A DNA stretch of 64,000 nt from a virus. Every line of letters starts with the position of its first letter. The first letter of the stretch is position 1. The stretch is from the IMG/VR virus record IMGVR_UViG_3300037010_002464; one strand, written 5' to 3'. Positions 51,593 to 60,831 of the stretch are shown here, piece by piece. A program made the position numbers and the translations under genes. The notes beneath the pieces were generated by a model. That model was given only the letters and a program-made list of their open reading frames with translations, made no database searches and was not told where the DNA came from.

Positions 51593-52147
51593 GTGTTTCA
51601 TTACATCTACAAAACTACTTGTTTAGTTACAGGTCGATATTACATCGGCATGCATACTACCAAGAAGCTCGAAGATGGCTATTTGGGCTCTGGGAAGTTG
51701 ATCCGTAGGTCTATTGAAAAATATAGATCGGATCAACATGCCAAGATCATCCTCGAGTATTGCCAGAGCTTAGATGAAGTAAAGCGACGTGAACGCGAAA
51801 TCGTCACACATGCGTTAATTGCCGATGACCTATGCATGAATTTGAAAATCGGTGGTGAAGGTGGCGGTGAGCGCGGCGTTAAACGATCAGCTGAAACGCG
51901 GGCACGAATGTCGGCTTCAATGAAAGGCATTCCTAAAAGCCCCGAGCATGCTGAGAAAATGTGGCAAGCTAAAATAGGCACAACCGCATCCGCAGAAACC
52001 CGTGCCAAAATGTCAACATCTCGGATAGGGAAGAAATTGCCCTTCAGTGCTGAGCACATTGCAAAACTAACAGAAGCACGCCAAAACCGCCGCGATGAAG
52101 GTCGAGACAAGCATAATCTAGGACGTAAATTTCCAAGGACCGAATAA
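51593..52147 (+). mobile_element. GIY-YIG (Seg-like) homing endonuclease with NUMOD3 repeats
   Basis: YIYKTT...YYIGMH...YLGSG, NLKIGGEGG, SAETRARMS/SAETRAKMS. Confidence 0.9.
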
Positions 52148-53235
52148 TGAAAGTTTCTGTTTATACAATTGCCCTCAATGAGTCCAAGCATGTGAACCGC
52201 TTCATGGACTGCCTGGTCAATGAGGCTGATGATGTCTACGTGCTTGACACGGGCTCCACAGACGACACGGTAAAAAAGCTCCGAGCACGCGGCGCTATAG
52301 TCAAGACGGGCGTCTTCTCTCCGTGGCGCTTTGACACGCCGCGCAACGCTTCGCTCGCTATGGTGCCTGCAAGCACCGACATCTGCGTCTGTATCGACCT
52401 TGACGAGGTCCTGACACCCGGCTGGCGGGCGGCCGTGGAGAGGGCTTGGGTGCCTGGCACGACACGCCTACGTTACAAGTACGCATGGAGCCACAACGCC
52501 GACGATACGCCGGCTACCACATTCTACTACGACAAGATCCACCAGCGCAAGAACTACCGTTGGGTCAAGCCTGTGCACGAAATCCTTCAGCTCTACAACG
52601 AGCCCGAGGTGCAAGCGTGGTCGGAGGAGTTCATGCTTCACCACTACCCAGACGTGTCCAAGAGCAGGTCATCCTACCTGCCGCTGCTCGAGCTAGCTGT
52701 CAAGGAGGAGCCGCATGATGACCGCAGCTGCCATTATCTGGGCCGTGAGTATATGTACTATGGCCACTACGACAAGGCTATCACAGAGCTGCAACGTCAC
52801 CTGAGCTTGCCGTCGGCTACGTGGGCCTCCGAGCGCGCGGCATCGATGCGGTTCATCAGTCGCTGCCACATGTTCAGAGGTGACTATGAGGCCGCCAAGG
52901 TCTGGGCGCTGAAGGCGTGCGCTGAAGCACCTAATGACCGCGAGCCGTGGTACGAGCTAGCCAAGGTCGCCTACTTGCTGAAGGACTTCAACCTGCTATA
53001 CAGCTCAGCCGAAGCAACCCTGAAGACCGGCGAGCAAGGCCGTACCTACATCAGCGATCCAGAGGCATGGGGCTACTTGCCGTATGACTATGCGGCGCTC
53101 GGAGCTTGGAACATCGGCTTCAAGAGCAAGGCGCTTGAGCACGGCCGACTGGCTTATGAGCGGGCGTTGAAGCTGCAAGAGCCTGAGCAGGTTATTGAAA
53201 GGCTCAAAACAAACATCACATTCTACAACAGCTGA
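52147..53235 (+). CDS. GT2 glycosyltransferase with TPR repeats
   Basis: IALNE, DTGSTDDT, PWRFDTPRN, IDLDE, WVKPVHE, YLGREY. Confidence 0.92.
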   Translation: MKVSVYTIALNESKHVNRFMDCLVNEADDVYVLDTGSTDDTVKKLRARGAIVKTGVFSPWRFDTPRNASLAMVPASTDICVCIDLDEVLTPGWRAAVERAWVPGTTRLRYKYAWSHNADDTPATTFYYDKIHQRKNYRWVKPVHEILQLYNEPEVQAWSEEFMLHHYPDVSKSRSSYLPLLELAVKEEPHDDRSCHYLGREYMYYGHYDKAITELQRHLSLPSATWASERAASMRFISRCHMFRGDYEAAKVWALKACAEAPNDREPWYELAKVAYLLKDFNLLYSSAEATLKTGEQGRTYISDPEAWGYLPYDYAALGAWNIGFKSKALEHGRLAYERALKLQEPEQVIERLKTNITFYNS

Positions 53236-53249
53236 ATACAATCAAATCT

Positions 53250-54092
53250 ATGTCTGAAATTGAACAAGCATTCCGCAAGATCTACGCTGATGTCGCTGCC
53301 GGCCAAGAGTGCTCACCCCGTGGCCAGAAGGTCATCGAGGTCGAGAACTATGCTTACGAGCTGCCGCCTTATGCTCGCTTCGCCAACTTTGACGCTCGCA
53401 AGCTGAAGCTTGGCTACGTCAAGAAAGAGCTTCTCTGGTACCTGAAGGCCGACCCGTTTGACCTCAGCATCGTGGACGCCGCCTCTCTCTGGCAAGAGCT
53501 GCCCAACCCCGACGGCACCATCAACTCGCACTACGGCGCTCACGTCTTCGGTCGTGGTGATGATCAGTGGCGCACGCCGTTGAGCATCGGAGTTCCGTTG
53601 GCGCACAAGAGCCAGTTCTCGGCGATCATCGCTGAGCTGCAGCGCGACAAGGACTCTCGCCGTGCCTCGGCGACCATCCTCAATCGCAGCCACCTGCTCA
53701 ACCCAGCGACCAAGGACTTTCCTTGCACCTACGCCCTCAACTTCCGCATCCGCGACAACGAGCTAAAGATGAGCGTGCACATGCGCAGTCAGGACGCTGT
53801 CTTCGGCATGGGCAATGACGCGCCGGCTTTCTCGTTGATTCAAGAGATGGTCTACGTCTGTCTGCGTGACTTCGCTTACCCTGACCTGCAGATGGGCTCT
53901 TACCACCACATCGCCGACTCGTTCCACTACTACGAGAGGCACTTCGACATGGTGAAGGAAATCAATGCAGGCTCGGCCTTCACGCCCATCGAAGTACCCC
54001 GCATCCGTGACGCTAGCGAGGTAATCTACCTGCTAGGTAACATCAGCAAGGATTCCAAGCCGGGCGACTTCACCGCCTGGCTCAACTCTTAA
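53250..54092 (+). CDS. Thymidylate-synthase-family enzyme with dCMP-type signature (dCMP hydroxymethylase-like)
   Basis: DSRRA, DFPCT catalytic Cys; MRSQDAVFGMGND aligns with T4 gp42 RSND..FG..ND; SFHYYERHF. Confidence 0.85.
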   Translation: MSEIEQAFRKIYADVAAGQECSPRGQKVIEVENYAYELPPYARFANFDARKLKLGYVKKELLWYLKADPFDLSIVDAASLWQELPNPDGTINSHYGAHVFGRGDDQWRTPLSIGVPLAHKSQFSAIIAELQRDKDSRRASATILNRSHLLNPATKDFPCTYALNFRIRDNELKMSVHMRSQDAVFGMGNDAPAFSLIQEMVYVCLRDFAYPDLQMGSYHHIADSFHYYERHFDMVKEINAGSAFTPIEVPRIRDASEVIYLLGNISKDSKPGDFTAWLNS

Positions 54093-54116
54093 CCTAACAG
54101 TATCGGAAATAACATC

Positions 54117-54392
54117 ATGAAGATCATCGCAATCAAGTTCCCGCAAGGTGACGAAATCATCGGCCGCCTGGCCTCCGAGACCGATACCACGGTCACCATC
54201 GAGTCGCCGCGAGCCATCGGCATTCAAGAGAATGAAAATGGTGTCGGCTTGGGATTCATGCCTTGGCTTTTGTCCGCTCCTGACGCCACGGTCACGATTG
54301 ACCGTAACCAGGTGGCAGCCCTATTTGAGCCGCGTGCGGACATCGAGAAGGCCTACCTCCAACAGACCTCCCGCATTCAGCTGATGGGCTGA
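54117..54392 (+). CDS. Small conserved T4-like phage protein (Sm-like fold)
   Basis: IKFPQGDEIIGRL...FMPWL...YLQQTSRI pattern. Confidence 0.75.
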   Translation: MKIIAIKFPQGDEIIGRLASETDTTVTIESPRAIGIQENENGVGLGFMPWLLSAPDATVTIDRNQVAALFEPRADIEKAYLQQTSRIQLMG

Positions 54393-54396
54393 AATA

Positions 54397-54885
54397 ATGC
54401 ATAAGATCTACCTTGCAGGCCCGATTACGGGCTGTTCTTGGGGAGAGTCCGAAAATTGGCGTGACAAGTTCAAAGCCTTCGAGATTCCCAATGTCCAGTG
54501 CTACAGTCCGCTTCGGGGCAAGGAGTACCTCAAGGGTGACCGCATGATCGCCGACAGCTACATGCAGCATCGCATGAGCACAGCCAAGGCGATCATGGTC
54601 AGGGACGCCTTTGATGTGCGCAGCGCAGACGCCGTCGTGGTCAACTTCCAGGGTGCTCAACGAGTTAGCATTGGCACCGTCATGGAGATCGCTTGGGCTT
54701 GGGACCGCAACAAGCCTGTGATCGCCATCTTTGACGAGCCAGGAACGCCAGACCCAGCCGTCTACGCTCCTGGTACCGCACCGCGAGACATTCATGAGCA
54801 TGCTATGCTAAATGAGGCAATCTCGTGGAAGGTGTACAATCTCGAAGACGCCGCTGAAATTTGTCGGCTGTTGTTCAACGCATAA
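54397..54885 (+). CDS. Nucleoside 2-deoxyribosyltransferase / dNMP N-glycosidase family (DNPH1/MilB-like)
   Basis: IYLAGPI, RD..DVRSADAVVVN, SIGTVMEIAWA. Confidence 0.88.
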   Translation: MHKIYLAGPITGCSWGESENWRDKFKAFEIPNVQCYSPLRGKEYLKGDRMIADSYMQHRMSTAKAIMVRDAFDVRSADAVVVNFQGAQRVSIGTVMEIAWAWDRNKPVIAIFDEPGTPDPAVYAPGTAPRDIHEHAMLNEAISWKVYNLEDAAEICRLLFNA

Positions 54886-54936
54886 AATATCTAATCGGTC
54901 AATGCCTTCTACAGATACATATTTGTAGGAGGTATT

Positions 54937-55842
54937 ATGCTATTAGAGATTATTGATACATCACAAAAGTTTGACAGAGCTATTAGGCTATGGAAAGTTG
55001 CTTGTGATGACTGCACAATAGAACAACTTAGAACATTCAATCAAATTCGTAACAGCGAACAACGATGGAACGGATTCCATATTTGTAAGCCTTGTGCAAC
55101 ACGAAGAACCAACAAGACCAAGACACAAGAGGATTATGCAATCGCTGGAGAGGCTGGGCGATTGGCAACCAAAAATAAACGCTTAGAAGAAATCGTGGGT
55201 GAGACTAAGGCAAAACGAATCAAAACGGAGTATACAGCTAAAAGATCTGGGAAAAATAATCCAAACTTTGGTGGCAAATTATCACGCGGATTCGCGGATA
55301 GACCTCTCAGAGGAAAATGGGAGGATTTGTTCGGAATAGAAAAAGCAGCTGACATGAAACTTAACATGTCAATTCGCAATAGCGGTTCTGGCAATCCAAT
55401 GTACGGTCAACCTACACCAAAGAAGGCCGGGTGTGGTATTAGCGGTCACTACAAAAACTTCTATTTTCGCAGCTTGCTTGAGTTATCAATGATGCTCATG
55501 TTAGAAGCAAATAGCATAGTTTGGATATCAGCAGAGTCTAAAAATCATCGTTTCAAATATATGATAGACGGAAGAGAACGATCATACTTCCCTGATTTCT
55601 ATCTACCGGCAACTGATGAGTACATCGAAATCAAACCGAAATCGCTTAGCAGATCTAGAGAGGTCCTAGCTAAACTTGATGCAGTACGAGCTACTGGGAA
55701 GAGAATAAAATTGCTCTCGGATGAGAATGTGAATAAAATCTCATATGCTAAGTTGATAAAGTTGATGGCTGATCAAACAATTGTCATTGACAATAGTAAG
55801 TTAAAAAGAGTTGAAAAATATGCTGCAAAACATAATTTGTGA
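54937..55842 (+). mobile_element. Free-standing TnsA-like PD-(D/E)xK homing endonuclease
   Basis: FRSLLEL, RSYFPDFYL, IEIKP; N-terminal CxxC pairs; GKNNPNFG/GSGNPMYG repeats; AT-rich. Confidence 0.82.
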
Positions 55843-56401
55843 AGGTTTGGACAGGCTTGGTAAAAGCACGCTTGTTGACAACCTTAAGCAACGGCTCGGC
55901 CACTTCACCAGCCTGCATTACAGCAAGCCTGAGCTGCTGTCCTACTACGAGCTACGAGTCGGGCGGGGCAAGGCGCACGAGTTCTACCAGCGCGATTCCT
56001 TCGGTGGCATGTTCAAGCTTCTCGCTTCGGACGCTCGGGTCATCATGGACCGCGGCCACCTCGGCGAGATGGTCTATGCCCATCGCTATCGCGGCTATGA
56101 CGGCAGCTACGTGCTCGACCTCGAGCAAGGCAAGGGCGTTGACAACACCCTGCTCGTCCTGCTCGTCAATCATGACGTGGACCTCGAAGCAAGGCTCGTC
56201 GATGACGGCCTCGGCTTTGACTGGGGCAAGCGCAAGGAGGAGCAAGAGGACTTCATCACCGCCTTCCGCCGCTCCAAGATCAGCCACAAGGCGCTCATCA
56301 ATGTAGGACGACAGGGCCACTTCATCGACCAAGCGGAGATCATCGATGCTGTCTCCCAAGCCTACCTCAAAGCCGCCTGGTACACCAGCATCGATGCTTG
56401 A
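55820..56401 (+). CDS. dNMP (thymidylate-like) kinase
   Basis: IICEGLDRLGKSTL P-loop; IMDRGHLGEMVY. Confidence 0.88.
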   Translation: MLQNIICEGLDRLGKSTLVDNLKQRLGHFTSLHYSKPELLSYYELRVGRGKAHEFYQRDSFGGMFKLLASDARVIMDRGHLGEMVYAHRYRGYDGSYVLDLEQGKGVDNTLLVLLVNHDVDLEARLVDDGLGFDWGKRKEEQEDFITAFRRSKISHKALINVGRQGHFIDQAEIIDAVSQAYLKAAWYTSIDA

Positions 56402-56792
56402 CTTCTCCCACGAAGCGGCTTACAAGCTGCTTCTTAGGTTTAGGCACGTACCGACGGCGATCAAGGGTTTCCTCGCCCTCACCTCGGCAAATGTGCACAT
56501 CACGGATGCGAGCATGTCTCAGACGCTGATTGGCAGCACCGACGGCAACGTCCTGACCGGCACCGTACTGAACTTTAGCGGCGGGCCGTACGTTGAGCTG
56601 TTTGACGGCTTATGCGCGCTAAGCTCAAGCTCAACGCCGATGCTAACGGTTCACGAGCTAAGCTCATATGATACAATCGAGGCCGCCTACATAGACTCGA
56701 GGCTGGGCTCATTCTTGGTGAGCAAGGTTGCGTGCAGGACGCATCGAGGCCTCTCATTGACAGCTCACATCAAGTACCCAACATGGTGCTGA
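56394..56792 (+). CDS. Hypothetical protein
   Basis: ATG 56394 overlaps the kinase end. Confidence 0.45.
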   Translation: MLDFSHEAAYKLLLRFRHVPTAIKGFLALTSANVHITDASMSQTLIGSTDGNVLTGTVLNFSGGPYVELFDGLCALSSSSTPMLTVHELSSYDTIEAAYIDSRLGSFLVSKVACRTHRGLSLTAHIKYPTWC

Positions 56793-57005
56793 TGCACTTT
56801 GACTCCAAGACCAAGTCGCCCAGCATGGCGGCGTAGCGCTCGGCTTGTTCGCTACCTCCGACAAGGTCTATGTCAGCTGTGCGCCTGAGTTCTGGCGCTA
56901 CGGTAATGTCGAAATCGTCTGCCAACGGCATGGCATCCCGTTGCACCCAACCCTGCAAGAGCTGCTCGGCGCAACGCTGCCGCTCGTCCAAGGAGCCGGA
57001 TTGTC

Positions 57006-57209
57006 ATGGAGATAGGATTCCTCATCTTCATGGTCGCTATCCTAGGTTTTGAGATGGCGATCAGCATCAAGGCCCGCGACGGCTATGAGCATGACAAGCG
57101 CATCAATGAACAGTTGCGTGCTGAGATTCGAGCAGGCTTGACACAGCTTGCCGAGAAAAATAGTGCCAAGCCAAAGCTGCGCAAGGTCAGCCGAAAGCGG
57201 CCGAGATAG
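57006..57209 (+). CDS. Small membrane-anchored protein
   Basis: N-terminal hydrophobic helix, basic tail, AAGGAG upstream. Confidence 0.6.
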   Translation: MEIGFLIFMVAILGFEMAISIKARDGYEHDKRINEQLRAEIRAGLTQLAEKNSAKPKLRKVSRKRPR

Positions 57210-57210
57210 G

Positions 57211-57240
57211 TTTACACCAAGCCGCTTTAGCGGTTACAAT
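57211..57240 (+). promoter_or_regulatory. Sigma70-type promoter TTTACA-N18-TACAAT with spacer hairpin
   Basis: CCGC-TTTA-GCGG in the spacer. Confidence 0.7.
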
Positions 57241-57271
57241 CCTCATAGCTTAACTAACTGTGAGGATTGCG

Positions 57272-58518
57272 ATGCCAAAGATCATCGTGATTGGCGGTGG
57301 GACATTCTCCCACGTACGAAACCACCTGAGCCTCTGCGCCTCTGCTTTCGGGGAGACGGCGCGTACGCTAGCCGAAACCCTCAGGGCCGAGGTCAGGAAG
57401 AGGGGCCAACGCTTCTACGGCGTTGACCTTTACCTGACCAAGATGGCGGACCCGACCTCGAAGCTGGTCACCAATGAGGATGTCGACAAGCTGCTTGACA
57501 AGCTCATCGCCACCCTGATGTCCGCGCCATCATCTTCAACCCAGCGCTCGTGGACTTTGACGGCCATGTCGATGAACGCCGTGTCGCCTCAGGCAAGCAG
57601 AACGGCTTCGCACGGATGCCGGGGAGCAAGTGATGACGCTTCGGCCGGCGCCTAAGCTCATCGGCAAGATCCGCAAGACGCGCAAGGACATCTTCGTCGT
57701 CGGCTTCAAGACCACGACGGACGCCAATCCAGGTGAGCAGTATGCGGCAGACCTCAGGCTGCTGAAGACCAACTCGCTCAACCTGGTCCTGGCCAACGAT
57801 ACGATCACGAGGCGCAACGTCATCATCGCGCCTGAAGAGACCCAATACACACCGACCACCGACCGCACCTACGCTCTCAATACGCTGGTCGAGATCATGC
57901 TGTCTCGCATGACCAACACCTTCACCCGCAGCACGGTCGTGCCTGGCGATGCGGTACCCTGGAACTCTGAGCTGGTGCCTGTCAACCTCCGCGAGGTCGT
58001 GGACTTCTGCAAGACCGTGCTCGGCAAGACCGCCGGCCACTTCGCCGTCAAGCTCAGCGACACCGAGGTGCTGACTAGCATCCGCAAGTCCAACTTTAAC
58101 GAGCTGGCCAAGGTCGGCATGGTCAAGATCGTGAGCTCTGGCCATGACTCCGTCGTGGCACATGGCTTCAAGCCCTCAGTCGGTGGCCAGTCGCAGCGCA
58201 TCGTCTTCAGCAAGCACCAAGACGTGGACTGCATCGTCCACTTCCACTGCCCCGCTAAGCGGACCTACGACATTGCCACTCGGTCCCAGTGGCAAAACGA
58301 GTGCGGCTCGCATCAATGCGGCCAGAACACCGCCGACGGGCTGCAGGTCGTTGACCTCGGCGACGGTGACCGGCTGAAGGTCGTCTACCTCGAGGACCAC
58401 GGCCCCCAACATCGTCTTCGACCGCCATACGCCTGCTTGGAAGGTCAAGCAGTTCATCACCGACAACTTCGAGCTCGCCAGCAAGACCGGTGGCTTGATT
58501 CCTGAAAGCGTGCAGTGA
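57272..58518 (+). pseudogene. CoaB-like (phosphopantothenate-cysteine ligase fold) + class II aldolase-like fusion with three frameshifts
   Basis: IGGGT; IIFNPALVDF (alternate frame); LRPAPKLI...FVVGFK...LVLAND; GHFAVK, KPSVG, IVHFHC, DHGPNIV; shifts near 57510, 57600 and 58405. Confidence 0.72.
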
Positions 58519-58787
58519 TGCTCAAGCTTGCCCAACTTCGCCCTGGCCTCATCCTCGAGAAGGATGACGCGCCTTACATCATCAACACCCTGACGCTGGA
58601 TGACGGTGACACCCTTTGGAACGTGTACCGCTACGACCAGGTTGACCCGGAGCCGTTCTTCACAGAGTCGGCTGACTGGTACATCGTCGTCGCCCGTGAC
58701 ACCCACAAGGGCTTCCTGTCCAAGGACTTGCTGCTCGTAGCGCTCAATGTCAACAGCTTCAACCTTGACCATGCCGAGATTGACTGA
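58518..58787 (+). CDS. Hypothetical protein
   Basis: TGATG coupling, typical codon usage. Confidence 0.6.
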   Translation: MLKLAQLRPGLILEKDDAPYIINTLTLDDGDTLWNVYRYDQVDPEPFFTESADWYIVVARDTHKGFLSKDLLLVALNVNSFNLDHAEID

Positions 58788-59109
58788 CTTCGGCAAGAGC
58801 GACGTCGGCGTCTTCCGCTACTCGCTCGTAGCGGTAGCTGACTTCAGCCGCATCGCCGAGCTCAAGGCCAGGGTGACGCTAACAACCGGCGAGGTGCTGC
58901 CGCTCTCAGGGTCCCACGCCCTGGAAGCCGCCTACATCCTGCACCCGTCGGTGGTTGAAGGCCAACACCTTCGCTTCGCTCGCCACGCATGGGCCTTGCA
59001 TAACCTGCTCGGCCACCCGGTCATGCAGCTGCTCGCATTCTGCAAGCTATACAAGCAAGCGATGTGGGTCCATGAGGTCACCGTGCCTAAGTGCAAGAGC
59101 CCAGAGTGA
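58771..59109 (+). CDS. Hypothetical phage protein (HNLLGHP motif)
   Basis: WALHNLLGHPVMQLL...WVHEVTVP, His-rich motif. Confidence 0.6.
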   Translation: MPRLTDFGKSDVGVFRYSLVAVADFSRIAELKARVTLTTGEVLPLSGSHALEAAYILHPSVVEGQHLRFARHAWALHNLLGHPVMQLLAFCKLYKQAMWVHEVTVPKCKSPE

Positions 59110-59211
59110 CGCCGACGATGGCCGATGCCGAGGTGACGGCCCAGCTGCTGCTGAAGATCACCGAGATGTCACCGAGGTGTCGCATTGCTCTTCAGTGGCT
59201 GTCGTTGAGAT

Positions 59212-59418
59212 GTGAACCTCATTGATCTGCCGCCCGCTTTCCGATGCTGTACCGATTTTGACAACAGTAAAGCTCAGCTCAGCGTCAATGTCATCAACAT
59301 CGCTCGGCTAGAAAAGCTTGAAGCTGAGGTGCTTGTGCTCAAGCGCATGAAGAACCAAGCCGTCATACACAAAGTTCCAAAAATCAGTGTACAACCAACG
59401 AAGGTTGGGGTACAATAA
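59212..59418 (+). CDS. Hypothetical protein
   Basis: 68 aa GTG-start ORF before a promoter. Confidence 0.35.
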   Translation: MNLIDLPPAFRCCTDFDNSKAQLSVNVINIARLEKLEAEVLVLKRMKNQAVIHKVPKISVQPTKVGVQ

Positions 59419-59421
59419 ATA
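59388..59421 (+). promoter_or_regulatory. Early promoter TGTACA-N17-TACAAT with spacer hairpin, followed directly by a TAAATA core
   Basis: CCAAC-GAAG-GTTGG in the spacer; upstream of the NAD genes. Confidence 0.65.
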
Positions 59422-59467
59422 TGTCTGACGCACAAAGAGCGCGTCAACCCACCAACGGAGAGTTCCA

Positions 59468-60655
59468 ATGGCATCAGTAATCCCCACCAAGAAGCATGAG
59501 GTTAGCGCCGTGTTTAGGGACGTCATCGTCTACAACGGTCGCTTCAATCCCTTCCACCTCGGGCACGCCCATGTCCTGCAAGAAGCGCTCAGGCGCGGCA
59601 GGTTGGTCATCGTGCTTGTCGGTTCAAGTGGCCTATCCCGCTCGCTGAAGAACCCCTTCACGTTCGCCGAGCGGAAGCAGATGATCGTCCAGTGGTATGA
59701 ACGCAACATGCCGCTGGATGACAGCTGGGGCACGCTCTCCGTTCGGCCGTCGCGCGACTACCCGTACAACGACATGCTGTGGCAGCGCAGCGTCCAAAGC
59801 ATCGTCAAGACCGCAATCGAAAGCCGGATGTGGAAGGAGCAAGCAGCTCCTAACATCAACCTGATCGGCTCTGATCGTGACGAGAGCACCTGGTACCTGC
59901 ACGCCTTCCCGCAGTGGAAGACGATCTTTGTCGAGCCCTACCGGCAGAACGGCGTGCTCAATGTGAGCGCCACCGACGTGCGTTCGTGGCTGTTCGGCGG
60001 CGAGGGGACTCACATCCCGGATGTCGTGCCTGACACAACACTTCTCAACATGGAGCGCTTCAAGAGCACGCCCGAGTTTGCATCGCTGGTCGAGACCTAC
60101 AAACACGTCTGCGCCTACAAGGAGCGCGCCAAAGCCTACCCGTATCCGCCGATCTACCAGACGGTGGACGGCGTCATCGTGCAATCCGGTCACATCCTCA
60201 CGGTGGTGCGTGGCCACGAGCCTGGCAAGGGTCTTTGGGCGCTTCCTGGCGGCTTTGTGAACGCCAATGAGCGCCTCCGTAGCGCATGCATTCGCGAAGT
60301 GATCGAAGAGACCAAGATCAAGCTGACCGAAGGCAAGGACCCAGTCAAGGTCAAGAAGATCACGACTGACATCCTGCGCGGCTCGATCCGTGCGGAGCAG
60401 GTCTTCGACAAGCCGGACCGTTCGGACCGTGGCCGCACGATCACGCACGCCTACTTCTTCCGGCTCGATGACATGAAGCCGTTGCCCCAAGTCAAGGGCA
60501 TGAAGCAGGGCAACACCGATCCTGAGTGCGACGTGATCGAATGCTTCTGGCTGCCGATCAGCGAGGCGCTCGAGCGCATGGACATGTGGTTCGAGGACCA
60601 CCACGCAATTGTTGAATGGGCCATGGGCCACATCGACCGCGAGACGTTGACGTGA
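59468..60655 (+). CDS. nadM: Bifunctional NMN adenylyltransferase / Nudix ADP-ribose pyrophosphatase (NadM-Nudix, NatV-like)
   Basis: GRFNPFHLGH, KNPFTFAER, SATDVR; Nudix box PGGFV...CIREVIEET; FEDH. Confidence 0.95.
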   Translation: MASVIPTKKHEVSAVFRDVIVYNGRFNPFHLGHAHVLQEALRRGRLVIVLVGSSGLSRSLKNPFTFAERKQMIVQWYERNMPLDDSWGTLSVRPSRDYPYNDMLWQRSVQSIVKTAIESRMWKEQAAPNINLIGSDRDESTWYLHAFPQWKTIFVEPYRQNGVLNVSATDVRSWLFGGEGTHIPDVVPDTTLLNMERFKSTPEFASLVETYKHVCAYKERAKAYPYPPIYQTVDGVIVQSGHILTVVRGHEPGKGLWALPGGFVNANERLRSACIREVIEETKIKLTEGKDPVKVKKITTDILRGSIRAEQVFDKPDRSDRGRTITHAYFFRLDDMKPLPQVKGMKQGNTDPECDVIECFWLPISEALERMDMWFEDHHAIVEWAMGHIDRETLT

Positions 60656-60831
60656 TCTACTACTGTCCAGTTCATCGGCTGTAGCTCTGACGACTATGTT
60701 TCTTCGGCATCCTCATCATCCTCTTCTTTGCCGTGGACATCCCAATGCTGCTCATTGGCAAGATTCACGAGCTGATTCAAAAGTATCGTGCCACCCAAGC
60801 GGCAGCACCGTTCTTCCTGATTGGAGCAATC

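Noticed and set aside
60652-60831. N-terminal extension of NAMPT from 60733
   Set aside because: The RBS and family N-terminus fit ATG 60832; the upstream hydrophobic stretch looks like a decayed small membrane gene
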